A stretch of 60,018 nucleotides of DNA, counting the filler. It is 6 parts of 6 records of this genome, joined end to end, with 100 filler letters (N's around TTAATTAATTAA, not from the genome) between each part and the next. Parts side by side here need not be neighbours in the genome. Positions count along the whole stretch, not along the records: positions 1 to 12,746 come from DRR378314_1851; positions 12,847 to 32,085 come from DRR378314_1854; 4 more parts are not named here. One strand, 5' to 3'. Made by a program: the position numbers and the translations under genes. Shown here piece after piece: positions 9,589-18,718 of the stretch (the stretch's first letter is position 1; every line of letters begins with the position of its first letter). A model generated the notes under the pieces. The model had not been told where the DNA came from. It ran no database searches and saw nothing but the letters and a program-made list of their open reading frames with translations.

Positions 9589-11499
9589 TTACTCCTTTAG
9601 CCTAATTCTATTTTTAAATACTTCTTTGCCGTCTATTACAACTTTTAGATAGTAGCGCATTTTAGGCAAATAGGAGAGGTCATATGTAAAAATACCCTTT
9701 TTGAAATTTAAGTAGGTATGGGTTTCCACTATTTTTGTCTCATCCTCCTGTTGGGTAATAATGACCTCCATATTTTTTTCGTCATTGGCAAAATAATCCA
9801 ATGTTACTGGACCCTCGGTTCTGGCGGGGAACATATTTATGGACGGTTCATTGTCCAAATGATAGGTAACCCCAGGTTCTACTCTAAAGTTATACATAAT
9901 ATGGCTCCCAAAGTCGGAATTGAAATGTTTTATGGCCTGCCCCAAAGTATCCAATAGTTTAACGCTACCATTGCCATCCTTGGCCTTGAACCAAAACTCA
10001 AGTCCATCCCCTCCTTTATCATGTAACTTAAAAGTATAGTTGCCCTTTCGAAGTCTCAGGGTATCCGAATAGATGGTGTTAGGTTTAAGATCTACACTAT
10101 CTCTTTTGAATATTGGCTTTCCGTAGCTATCGGTAACGGAATATTCATTTTGGCCGGGCTTTTTATTCGTCTTAAAATAGATAATAACGGACTCGGGCAA
10201 GATATTGGGTTTAGTATAGACCGAGCTTTTGGAATTATCCAAACCGTAACCATCTTTTTTGCCATTAGGCCTTTTTAATTCTACAAAAAAGCGGGTAGAC
10301 TCTTTATCACTAAATATCTCTTCGGGCAAGGTTAATAAGGCGGTTTCCCCAAAAGGAATGTCTCCTTGCCATTTAAATTCTTTTGGTTTCTGCCCCTCTA
10401 GAAAATATTTTATTACCAAAGATTTTAAATTGTTCTGGCCATTATTCTTTATCCGGATAATGGGTAAAGCTCCCGTTTCATTTTTTCTACTGTGTATTTT
10501 TTCGTTGGAAGGGGATATTATATCCACTAAAGCAACGTCATTTTCGGAATTTATCTTGCCATATTCCAGAACATAGGCCACTAAAAGTTCTTTTGCACTT
10601 GGCTTTTCCGTTTCATAGGGTTCCATATTAAGGTCAATGGTAAATTCTTGTCCTGAATTTAAGTCAAAACTTACCTCATCTGGCTGCAATAAATAACCAG
10701 GGCACCAATTGGCACGGTCAAAGATCCAGGTCCCGGCCTGTGGGTATAAGGGGTTATCTCCACATTCCATCCACAATTGTTTTCTGTCGATGACTTTGCC
10801 GTTATACAGTATGTCACGGTATTTGTCACAAAATTCGCCGCAGCCATTGGCATCCATCCCATGTCCTGTCTGATGAATTTTTACCTTTCCAAAGGAGGAT
10901 TGGGTACTGGCCTTTAAAGCAACTGGTACTAAGTGATTTTCAATGGGATCTGATTTATCTCCATAACTATAATTGCCATCGTAGACCTTATGTATGGCCA
11001 GTTGCTCCGCAACGGGTTTTCCGTAAGTAATTTCAAAATCCACGGTAACTTTCCAGCCACGGCTCTTATTGTCCTCGTAACCTGTATGTATATAATCTAC
11101 CTCGAGGCTATCCCTTAAAATGGGACTAAAATCCGTAATATCCACTTTCCAATCAAATCGCCAGTTTTCATGAAATCTTCCGCCGTATGGCGTGAGCATT
11201 CTGGCAATTTCGTAGTCGATAGTGTCATTCTTTTGCCTCACTTTAAGATGGTCAACATAATCCCAGTCTGCACAGCGCATATTGTCCGGGCATTCAAAAG
11301 TAAGATTTAAGATTATCTGCCGAATTTCCTTGTTTTTGGGAGTAAAAACGGCCCAGTTCTTATAACTATTTTCACCTTTTGACGGATCGGTAACAATGGT
11401 TTCCTGGTTGTGGGATATTATATTTTCTGTAGCTTGGGCACGCAAGTTTTGTTGTACCAGTATAAAACCGGCTAACAGATATAGAAATCTTTGGATCAT
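9589..11499 (-). CDS. Peptide-N-glycosidase F-related secreted protein
   Basis: Signal peptide; DWDY, EIARMLTPY, TGHG...GEF and RANWCPG PNGase F-like motifs; C-terminal beta-rich extensions. Confidence 0.85.
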   Translation of the reverse strand: MIQRFLYLLAGFILVQQNLRAQATENIISHNQETIVTDPSKGENSYKNWAVFTPKNKEIRQIILNLTFECPDNMRCADWDYVDHLKVRQKNDTIDYEIARMLTPYGGRFHENWRFDWKVDITDFSPILRDSLEVDYIHTGYEDNKSRGWKVTVDFEITYGKPVAEQLAIHKVYDGNYSYGDKSDPIENHLVPVALKASTQSSFGKVKIHQTGHGMDANGCGEFCDKYRDILYNGKVIDRKQLWMECGDNPLYPQAGTWIFDRANWCPGYLLQPDEVSFDLNSGQEFTIDLNMEPYETEKPSAKELLVAYVLEYGKINSENDVALVDIISPSNEKIHSRKNETGALPIIRIKNNGQNNLKSLVIKYFLEGQKPKEFKWQGDIPFGETALLTLPEEIFSDKESTRFFVELKRPNGKKDGYGLDNSKSSVYTKPNILPESVIIYFKTNKKPGQNEYSVTDSYGKPIFKRDSVDLKPNTIYSDTLRLRKGNYTFKLHDKGGDGLEFWFKAKDGNGSVKLLDTLGQAIKHFNSDFGSHIMYNFRVEPGVTYHLDNEPSINMFPARTEGPVTLDYFANDEKNMEVIITQQEDETKIVETHTYLNFKKGIFTYDLSYLPKMRYYLKVVIDGKEVFKNRIRLKE

Positions 11500-11522
11500 A
11501 GTAAAAAGAAGAAGGGAAACTA

Positions 11523-11942
11523 TTATTTATTAAAATAAGTCTTAATCTCCAAGGTTGCGAATTGACGGAACATTTCCATTACCCCACAATATTTTTCAAC
11601 GGAAAGATCAACCGCTCTTTGCAATTTTTTTTCGTTGAGGTTAGCTCCAGTAAAATGATACTCTACCACTACCTTGTCGTAAAATTTAGGGTCCTCATCT
11701 GTTAGGTTGGCAATAGTCTCTATTCTAAACTCTTCCACCTCCAATTTCATTTTTTTTATTAGTGAAGCCACATCAAGACCTGAGCAGCCGGCCAAGGCGG
11801 TAAGCATTAGAGCTTTTGGTCTATATCCCATACCTTCTCCACCATTTTCGGGAGCTACATCTATAATTAGGTTGTTTCCGGAAGGATTATTGCTTTCAAA
11901 GGCCATATTGCCAAGCCATTTGGTAGTGATTTGATTTGTCAT
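11523..11942 (-). CDS. OsmC/Ohr family protein
   Basis: ALAGCSG and SVEKYCGV cysteines; ATG at 11942 preferred. Confidence 0.9.
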   Translation of the reverse strand: MTNQITTKWLGNMAFESNNPSGNNLIIDVAPENGGEGMGYRPKALMLTALAGCSGLDVASLIKKMKLEVEEFRIETIANLTDEDPKFYDKVVVEYHFTGANLNEKKLQRAVDLSVEKYCGVMEMFRQFATLEIKTYFNK

Positions 11943-11997
11943 GTAGGTGTTTTTTTCGTTACTTGTATAGGTCAAAAATACGCATAATTCACAAATC

Positions 11998-12588
11998 ATG
12001 TCCCTTGTAGACCCTTTAGATGCCGATCACGATTCAGCGACCAAAAAGTTGGCCGAATTTTTTAATGAAACTTTGGGTTTCTGTCCCAATTCGGTATTGA
12101 CTATGCAACATCGGCCCGCTATTTCCAAGGCATTTATTAATCTGAATATGGCGGTTATGGCAAATGAAGGAAGGGTTAGTTCCGCCTTAAAAAGAATGAT
12201 GGCCTGGGTAAGCAGTAACGCCACTGGTTGTCGGTATTGTCAAGCGCATGCAATAAGGGCCGCAGAACGTTATGGGGCGGAGCAGGAGCAACTGGATAAT
12301 ATATGGGAGTACAGGACGCATTCTGCATTCTCAGAAGCCGAACGGGCGGCCTTGGATTTTGCATTGGCGGCTTCCCAAGTACCAAATACTATGAATTCAG
12401 AAATAAAGAAGGCCTTATACAAGCATTGGGATGAAGGTGAAGTTGTGGAAATGTTGGGGGTCATTTCTTTGTTCGGATTTTTAAATCGCTGGAACGATAC
12501 CATGGGCACTAGCTTAGAGGATGGTGCCATAGAGAGTGGGAAGCAGTATTTGGAAAAATATGGTTGGGAGAGGGGCAAACACCTTTAG
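11998..12588 (+). CDS. Carboxymuconolactone decarboxylase/AhpD-like peroxidase
   Basis: CRYCQAH (CxxC-x2-H), ERAAL, FLNRWND motifs. Confidence 0.88.
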   Translation: MSLVDPLDADHDSATKKLAEFFNETLGFCPNSVLTMQHRPAISKAFINLNMAVMANEGRVSSALKRMMAWVSSNATGCRYCQAHAIRAAERYGAEQEQLDNIWEYRTHSAFSEAERAALDFALAASQVPNTMNSEIKKALYKHWDEGEVVEMLGVISLFGFLNRWNDTMGTSLEDGAIESGKQYLEKYGWERGKHL

Positions 12589-12692
12589 CGAAAATACTTT
12601 CTGTTGCAATGAGGGAACCGTCCCATAAAAATCAATTTGTTTTTTTGGGAAGTTCGTTATTCCATAATATCATTACAGATTTGGGCGAAAAT

Positions 12693-12721
12693 AAAAAGGC
12701 AGAGCATAGCTCTACCTTTTT
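12693..12721 (-). terminator. Intrinsic terminator hairpin (possibly bidirectional)
   Basis: AAAAAGGCAGAGC-ATA-GCTCTACCTTTTT; the single mismatch becomes a U-G wobble on the minus strand; T-runs follow on both strands. Confidence 0.7.
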
Positions 12722-12746
12722 CCCCAAATCTTACCATGAACTTAAC
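12722..12746. repeat. att-like core, copy 1 (end of contig 1)
   Basis: CCCCAAATCTTACCATGAACTTAAC matches 32016-32039 except for one deleted T. Confidence 0.75.
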
Positions 12747-12846
12747 NNNNNNNNNNNNNNNNNNNNNNNNNNNNNNNNNNNNNNNNNNNNTTAATTAATT
12801 AANNNNNNNNNNNNNNNNNNNNNNNNNNNNNNNNNNNNNNNNNNNN
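12747..12846. other. Artificial contig spacer
   Basis: 44 N + TTAATTAATTAA (stops in all six frames) + 44 N. Confidence 0.98.
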
Positions 12847-12847
12847 T

Positions 12848-12964
12848 GTGGCCACCGATGTCATTAGTGAATCCTTGGGGCATCAGAATTTAGGGGTTAC
12901 ACAAGCCTACCTAAAAGAGCTAGATACTGAGATTGTAGATAAGGCGCTTGAGGTCCTATTATAA
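12848..12964 (+). CDS. C-terminal fragment of a tyrosine recombinase/site-specific integrase (5' part lost in gap)
   Basis: Manual translation VATDVISESLGHQNLGVTQAYLKELDTEIVDKALEVLL* contains box II LGH and the catalytic Tyr. Confidence 0.85.
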   Translation: MATDVISESLGHQNLGVTQAYLKELDTEIVDKALEVLL

Positions 12965-13306
12965 CTCTAATAATAAGTGGGTAAGGCGGAACTCAAAGTA
13001 AATTCAAACACCATTATTACAACAATTATTGTTATGTGTTCATTAAAATAAAAAGTTCAGCAACAATGAACACGTAAAAATAATGAACGGCAAGTATTCA
13101 CTGAATCGCTATGACTAAACCCCATTGTTTACAAGCCTTTTTAAAAAAGTTTCTGCAGAAATTTCACTAAGCCAGCCATTCTTTTTAAACTTTTATTGAT
13201 TATAGAGCTTCTATTTTAGCTTTAACTATCTATTTAAATTAAACATGTATAATACTTATATCGCCATACCTTCACCTGTACAGGATGAAGCTGCCGCTTT
13301 AATATT

Positions 13307-14377
13307 TTACCTATTTCGGTCACTTAATGGATTCAACCTGTTTATGACTTTTCTTGCCCAGGCCAGGTAATTCTCAGTAATTGGATTCATTTGGTTTTTT
13401 AGAATAGCCTGCTTTTCCATTTCATCAATATAACGCTCCACCACTACTGCCCTGTTCCAATTTTCTGCATCTGTAAACAATTGATCTACTTTGGCCTTTT
13501 CCAATTCCTTTTCCTTTTTAATAGCTTCAAGTTTCTGTTCCTGCAATAATCTTTTGTTTTTTTCAATAGCTTGTTGGGCCCTAAGATCGTGCCAATACTT
13601 ACAGTCTCTTTCAATCCAAGCTATTATTTCGGACAGATATTCCTCAAGTTTTCGTTTATCCTTGTCAATCCACTTTTTTTGTCGGAATGAGGGGCCGGCC
13701 TGAAACTCAAGTTTGTCCGATTTCTTCCAAGATTCACGGCCCCACCCACTTTCATCTTTATCTCGGATTCTATATACTTTTTGTCTTAGATTAATTTCAG
13801 TCATCTGCCCAAACATTTCCACATGACAGCGACTATATTCAAATGTTATATTATGCCCCATTGCTTCCACAATTTGTATCAGTGTATTCATAAATCTAAG
13901 AGCCCTTGTTCTTAATGTTTTATCAGTATGAATTGGCAATATGTCCTTCTCTTGGGACACTTGCCGGAATTTAAACTTCTCTTTACTATCATCGATATTA
14001 TCCAAGAGTTTCTTTGAACTTCTGACTATTGGATGATACTTAGAAATGCTTCCTGGAACTATAAACTTTAATTCCTTTCGTTGTTCCAGTTCATAGGCTC
14101 GTTGATGATAATCCGTTCTAAATTTCCGAGTCTTTGGACCCGAATTAAGGTTTATGTGAGCAATACTATTCTCCATTTTGGGCAATGAGGTTTTAACTAC
14201 CTTTTTCTTGAACCTAACCTTGGACCAATAGCCACGATTTGGTAACGGAATTTTATTTTCCGAACAAATATCCTTTAAGCTTTGTGGTTCTATATTAAAC
14301 ATTTTCGCAAGTTTGCTTATGGGTTGGTCCCAAACTAGATTATACAATTCCTTTCTTGAAAAGCTATTTTCTTTCAT
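13307..14377 (-). CDS. Hypothetical protein with N-terminal HTH-like region and C-terminal coiled coil
   Basis: 356 aa; SRKELYNLVW..P...LA...C....IPLPNRGYW N-terminus of a type often seen beside island integrases; function unknown. Confidence 0.7.
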   Translation of the reverse strand: MKENSFSRKELYNLVWDQPISKLAKMFNIEPQSLKDICSENKIPLPNRGYWSKVRFKKKVVKTSLPKMENSIAHINLNSGPKTRKFRTDYHQRAYELEQRKELKFIVPGSISKYHPIVRSSKKLLDNIDDSKEKFKFRQVSQEKDILPIHTDKTLRTRALRFMNTLIQIVEAMGHNITFEYSRCHVEMFGQMTEINLRQKVYRIRDKDESGWGRESWKKSDKLEFQAGPSFRQKKWIDKDKRKLEEYLSEIIAWIERDCKYWHDLRAQQAIEKNKRLLQEQKLEAIKKEKELEKAKVDQLFTDAENWNRAVVVERYIDEMEKQAILKNQMNPITENYLAWARKVINRLNPLSDRNR

Positions 14378-14795
14378 TATTAAAATTATCTTAGTAAAAA
14401 TTCGAGTTTACACCCAAAAATTGGTCATTTACTCGAAAAAATTCTAAAGTTTGATTTTATTAGAATAATTAAAAGTATGAAGCAAAGGAAATTATCTTTT
14501 TTAAACGGGATGAACTCAGTAGTTCAATTGTTAAACCTGTAACTGCATTAAAAAAGAGGTAACTTATCTCACTGCTAAAAAGGAGTTCATTGCCTTGAGA
14601 TAGTATTTTTATTTGGTTATACCCCCAAAGGTATTCGCCATAGGACAAACTCCCATCACAACTTATGTACACATCAAGGAGCTGCCAAATTATGTAGTAT
14701 AACCCAATATGCAACCAGCTATGTAGCTCAACATAGTTTTACCTGTTATCTCATACTGGAAGTGTTACTGTAACTATATATCACACACCTTTAAT

Positions 14796-15491
14796 TTATG
14801 CCATTAATGTTTCCAACTTTTCCTTCCACTTTTTCCATTCTGGAAATTCCTTTTCTTGTAACTCAAAAAAAGCTTTGTTATGATCAAGGTGTACCAAATG
14901 ACATAATTCATGGACAATGACGTACTCAACACAAGCCTTAGGGGCCTTTATCAATTCATTGTTTAATAGAATTCTACCTTTTGCCGAACACGAGCCCCAA
15001 CGGTATTGCATTGGTTTAATTTCAATATTATTGGGGCTTACCTTATATTTTTTAAACCTAATTATCAAAGGCTCGGCAATTTTAGGAAACCATAATTTTG
15101 CCTTTTCTAAATACCAAGAGTTAAGCAGGACATGAACATGATCTAGATGAATAACATGGACTTCTATAAATCGCCCAGTGTATTTTACAAACTCATTGGA
15201 ATCAATAATCACTTTTAATTGATATTGTCTCCCTAGATATAAATGTGTTTCTCCTGAAATATATTTTCTTTTAGTAGTTCTTGGTTCAAACGAAAGGAAG
15301 TAATCTTTTTGTTTAAGTATCCAAGGGGCCTTCTTTCTGACTTTTTGTTCGATTTTCTCAAGACTACTTCCTTCAGGAGCTTTTACAATAGTGCTTCTGT
15401 CCGGATATACGCTAATTCCCAGTGATTTTCGATTAGTAAATTCTATGGCATAAGAAATAGCTTCTGATCCATACTGAATAGTCTTAATCAT
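14796..15491 (-). CDS. M48/SprT-like zinc metallopeptidase (YgjP/DUF45 family)
   Basis: RWGSCS and YVIVHELCHL (HExxH); start overlaps the hsdR stop. Confidence 0.9.
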   Translation of the reverse strand: MIKTIQYGSEAISYAIEFTNRKSLGISVYPDRSTIVKAPEGSSLEKIEQKVRKKAPWILKQKDYFLSFEPRTTKRKYISGETHLYLGRQYQLKVIIDSNEFVKYTGRFIEVHVIHLDHVHVLLNSWYLEKAKLWFPKIAEPLIIRFKKYKVSPNNIEIKPMQYRWGSCSAKGRILLNNELIKAPKACVEYVIVHELCHLVHLDHNKAFFELQEKEFPEWKKWKEKLETLMA

Positions 15492-18400
15492 GACTTATAT
15501 CTGATTTTAGCTATTTCAACTAGACGCTCGGCAATTTTATCGATATCCTCAAAACCTAGTTTTAATTGATGCTTATCCCTTATCTCATCAATAATGTAAT
15601 CACCAATGAGAAATACCATCTTTTTAGGGATATCTACACTTTTGTACCAATCTACTTTGCGGAGTGAATTGATAATTCTATCCGCCTCCAAAGCTAAAAG
15701 TTCGGATACCCTTTCTGTAACTTTGATATCCTCGGATACTTTTGAGAATTCTTCTTTACTAATACCGAAAAATGCTCTTGCCACATCTTTATCTTGAAGA
15801 GAACTGGGGATTTTTGAATCTGTTTTACTTAAAACACTTTCCATAATTTCCTGTATACGTTTTAGATACTCCGTCTCATTTATCCGTTTTTGAAGATAGT
15901 CCTGAATTGTCTCCTTTATAAGTTGTGAAAAACGTTTATAAAATGCCGGATCTTCATCCATTTTTTCTGAAATGTGCTTTGCTGTTCGGGATGCTATCAT
16001 ATCTGCTTTTGCCGCCTTCCCTATTACTTTTTCAACTTCTTCTTCAAAGGCATTCTTGTCAAAAATATTGACCAGATCAGTTAGTGTTACAACATCGGAT
16101 GTGGCAATATGTGTATCTATTAGCTTTTGTATCTGTCCTTCATATTTCTTGTAGTCTATTTTATCTGAATATCTTGAAGATACTGCAGAACGTAGTTTCA
16201 TAAAAAACGCTAAGTCTTCTTTGTATTTTAATATCCTTTTTTCTTCAGTTGTATTATGAAACAAAATAGAGGAGAGGGCAAGTTTAAGAATTCTAGCATA
16301 CTTGGCAAGTTTATCATAAAACTTGTTTCGTAAGGCCTCATCCCTTAATAATTGTTGATATTCTTCTGCATCCCTCTTATTGGTAATGCCAGTAAAAATA
16401 TTCCATAGCTCACTATGAACTTGCGGTAGAACATCAATTTCCTCATTAATATTTGTCAAGGTTCCCATTAACTGCTCTTCATCAAAATCTTCAAAGGCAG
16501 AATACGTTTTTAAAGCAGAATCCAATTCTTCAAGTACACCATAATAATCTATGATGTAGCCGTAGTCCTTATCAGTATTAACCCTATTGACCCTAGCTAT
16601 GGCCTGTAATAAGGTATGGCCTATAAGCTTTCTAGTTAGATAAAGAACAATATTATTAGGTGCGTCAAAACCAGTAAGAAGTTTGTCCACTACTATTATT
16701 AATTCTGGCTCGTGGTCGTTCTTAAACTGGTTGACGATGTTTTTCTGGTACTTTTTTGGGGTACCATGCTGATCCATCATTTTATGCCAAAACTGCTTTA
16801 CTAAATCTGATGTTTTGCCATAAGCCGAATCTTCCCCTTCACGTTCATCAGGGGGTGATATGATAAGTGCAGAGGAAACTCTGCCAAATTCATCCAAAAA
16901 GTTCTTATACTTTACTGCAGCTGCTTTTGACTGGCATACGACCTGGCCTTTAAACCCCGTTCCTTGGAAGTTCTTAACGTAATGGTTCGTGATGTCCCAG
17001 GCAATTGCATAAATCTTTTGATCTGCTATATTCAATTGATCTGCCCTACTAAATTTTTTCTTTAAATCAGCTTTTTCGTAATCTGATAATGGTTCAGAAA
17101 CCATGTTGAAAAAATTATCAATAGGGGCCGCGTTAACGTCCTGCATTGCATGGCGACCTTCATATAACAGTGGAACAACCGCTTTATCCTTTACTGCCTG
17201 GTCTACGGTATAGCTGTCTATAAGTGTTCCGAATTTGGACAGCGTATTTTTGTCTTTCTTGAATAAGGGAGTTCCGGTAAATGCGATAAAACAGGCATTG
17301 GGTAATGTTTTTTGCATTTCAATATTGAAAGTGCCGTGTTGTGTTCTATGACCTTCATCTACTAAAACAAAAATATTTTCGCTTTCTAGGGGTGTTTTGA
17401 TCTTACGAACAGCTGTCTCAAACTTGTTGATGACGGTTGTCACTACGGCATCACTTTCGGTTTTCAAAAGACCGACCAGTTGAGAACCTGTTTTAGCGTT
17501 ATCTACATCCATACCACACTTTTTAAAGGTACCTGTAATTTGAGTGTCTAAATCGGTTCTATCGGTTACGAGAATAATTTTCGGGTTTTTAATAGTGGAT
17601 TCCATGGCAATTGCCTGTGCAAGCATCACCATTGTTAAAGACTTACCACTGCCTTGCGTATGCCAAACGACCCCTCCAATACGTTTTCCGTTTTTCTTCC
17701 TGGTTAATTGGGCCATTGCTTTTTTAATGGCAAAGAACTGCTGATAGCGCGCTATTTTTTTTGCACCATTATCAAATAACGTAAAATCGTAAGCAAAATC
17801 AAGTAACCGTTCTTTTTGGCACAAGCAAAAGATATATTCATCTTGTGGTGTAACTTTAACTTGCTCCTGATCAAATGCCTCAAAATAGGTTCTTACATTT
17901 TTAAATCTTTCATTAAACATCTTTTCCTTCACCTCTTTTGATAAAGGAATATTTTTAAGTTGTGCTAATTTTTGTTTAAAATGAGTTTCTTTTTCTCTGT
18001 TTATTGACCCATCTGTATTCTTAAAATCTTCTTGCCATTTGGCCCAAAATTTTTCTGGAGTACCTGTGGTTGCATAGCTACCCTCATTGACCGTTATCGA
18101 AAGTACCAACTGGGCCATGGCATATAAGTTTCGAATACCGTCTTCTTGCTGATTTCTAAGATGTTGAGATATGGCCTGCTCTAATGGGTCCTTTATATCT
18201 GGTCGCTTACATTCTATGACACATAAGGGAATACCATTAACAAAAAGTACGATATCTGGCCTGTAATGTTCTTTAAGGCCGGAGCGTAAAACACTATACT
18301 CCTCAGTAACATGGAAAACATTATTTCCTGGAGTTTTCCAATCAATATAGTGTAAGTCAAAACTTTTACGATTGCCATCTACACTTTGGTCTAAAGATTT

Positions 18401-18715
18401 ACCAAGTGTCAACAGTTCATATATTTTTTGGCTTGTGCCCATATAGCCATCGACCATAGGGATGTCCCTTAAGGCAATTATGCCCCCTTCTATATTACTG
18501 TCTGAAAAGGCAACGGCTGTGTTGGAAGATACCCGAGCCTCATTTATTTTTTTTAATTGTTTTCTTAAAATACCTTCTAGCAAAACTCCAGAAGTTCTAC
18601 CGCCACGTGCGTTTAGGGCTTCTTCCTGATTTAAATAGGTGTACCCCATATTAATCAATAGCTGTAGCGCAGGTATCTGTGAGATATGGTCTTCTTTGAA
18701 TGAGGGTGTTTGCAT
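15488..18715 (-). CDS. hsdR: Type I restriction enzyme subunit R
   Basis: RPDIVLFVNGIPLCVIECK nuclease motif, WHTQGSGKS Walker A, DEGH, FTGTP, LLTGFDAP, QAIARVNR. Confidence 0.97.
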   Translation of the reverse strand: MQTPSFKEDHISQIPALQLLINMGYTYLNQEEALNARGGRTSGVLLEGILRKQLKKINEARVSSNTAVAFSDSNIEGGIIALRDIPMVDGYMGTSQKIYELLTLGKSLDQSVDGNRKSFDLHYIDWKTPGNNVFHVTEEYSVLRSGLKEHYRPDIVLFVNGIPLCVIECKRPDIKDPLEQAISQHLRNQQEDGIRNLYAMAQLVLSITVNEGSYATTGTPEKFWAKWQEDFKNTDGSINREKETHFKQKLAQLKNIPLSKEVKEKMFNERFKNVRTYFEAFDQEQVKVTPQDEYIFCLCQKERLLDFAYDFTLFDNGAKKIARYQQFFAIKKAMAQLTRKKNGKRIGGVVWHTQGSGKSLTMVMLAQAIAMESTIKNPKIILVTDRTDLDTQITGTFKKCGMDVDNAKTGSQLVGLLKTESDAVVTTVINKFETAVRKIKTPLESENIFVLVDEGHRTQHGTFNIEMQKTLPNACFIAFTGTPLFKKDKNTLSKFGTLIDSYTVDQAVKDKAVVPLLYEGRHAMQDVNAAPIDNFFNMVSEPLSDYEKADLKKKFSRADQLNIADQKIYAIAWDITNHYVKNFQGTGFKGQVVCQSKAAAVKYKNFLDEFGRVSSALIISPPDEREGEDSAYGKTSDLVKQFWHKMMDQHGTPKKYQKNIVNQFKNDHEPELIIVVDKLLTGFDAPNNIVLYLTRKLIGHTLLQAIARVNRVNTDKDYGYIIDYYGVLEELDSALKTYSAFEDFDEEQLMGTLTNINEEIDVLPQVHSELWNIFTGITNKRDAEEYQQLLRDEALRNKFYDKLAKYARILKLALSSILFHNTTEEKRILKYKEDLAFFMKLRSAVSSRYSDKIDYKKYEGQIQKLIDTHIATSDVVTLTDLVNIFDKNAFEEEVEKVIGKAAKADMIASRTAKHISEKMDEDPAFYKRFSQLIKETIQDYLQKRINETEYLKRIQEIMESVLSKTDSKIPSSLQDKDVARAFFGISKEEFSKVSEDIKVTERVSELLALEADRIINSLRKVDWYKSVDIPKKMVFLIGDYIIDEIRDKHQLKLGFEDIDKIAERLVEIAKIRYKS

Positions 18716-18718
18716 AGA

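Noticed and set aside
805-12794. Short antisense or overlapping ORFs in contig 1
   Set aside because: Shadow ORFs of well-supported genes on the other strand or frame.
12791-12802. TTAATTAATTAA recurring five times as a possible biological repeat or CRISPR-like unit
   Set aside because: Always centred in identical N padding; it is a six-frame-stop assembly linker.
14469-14714. 81-aa ORF as the small membrane partner of a DRT1-like system
   Set aside because: TTG start, no convincing transmembrane helix, separated from the RT by two genes; probably spurious.
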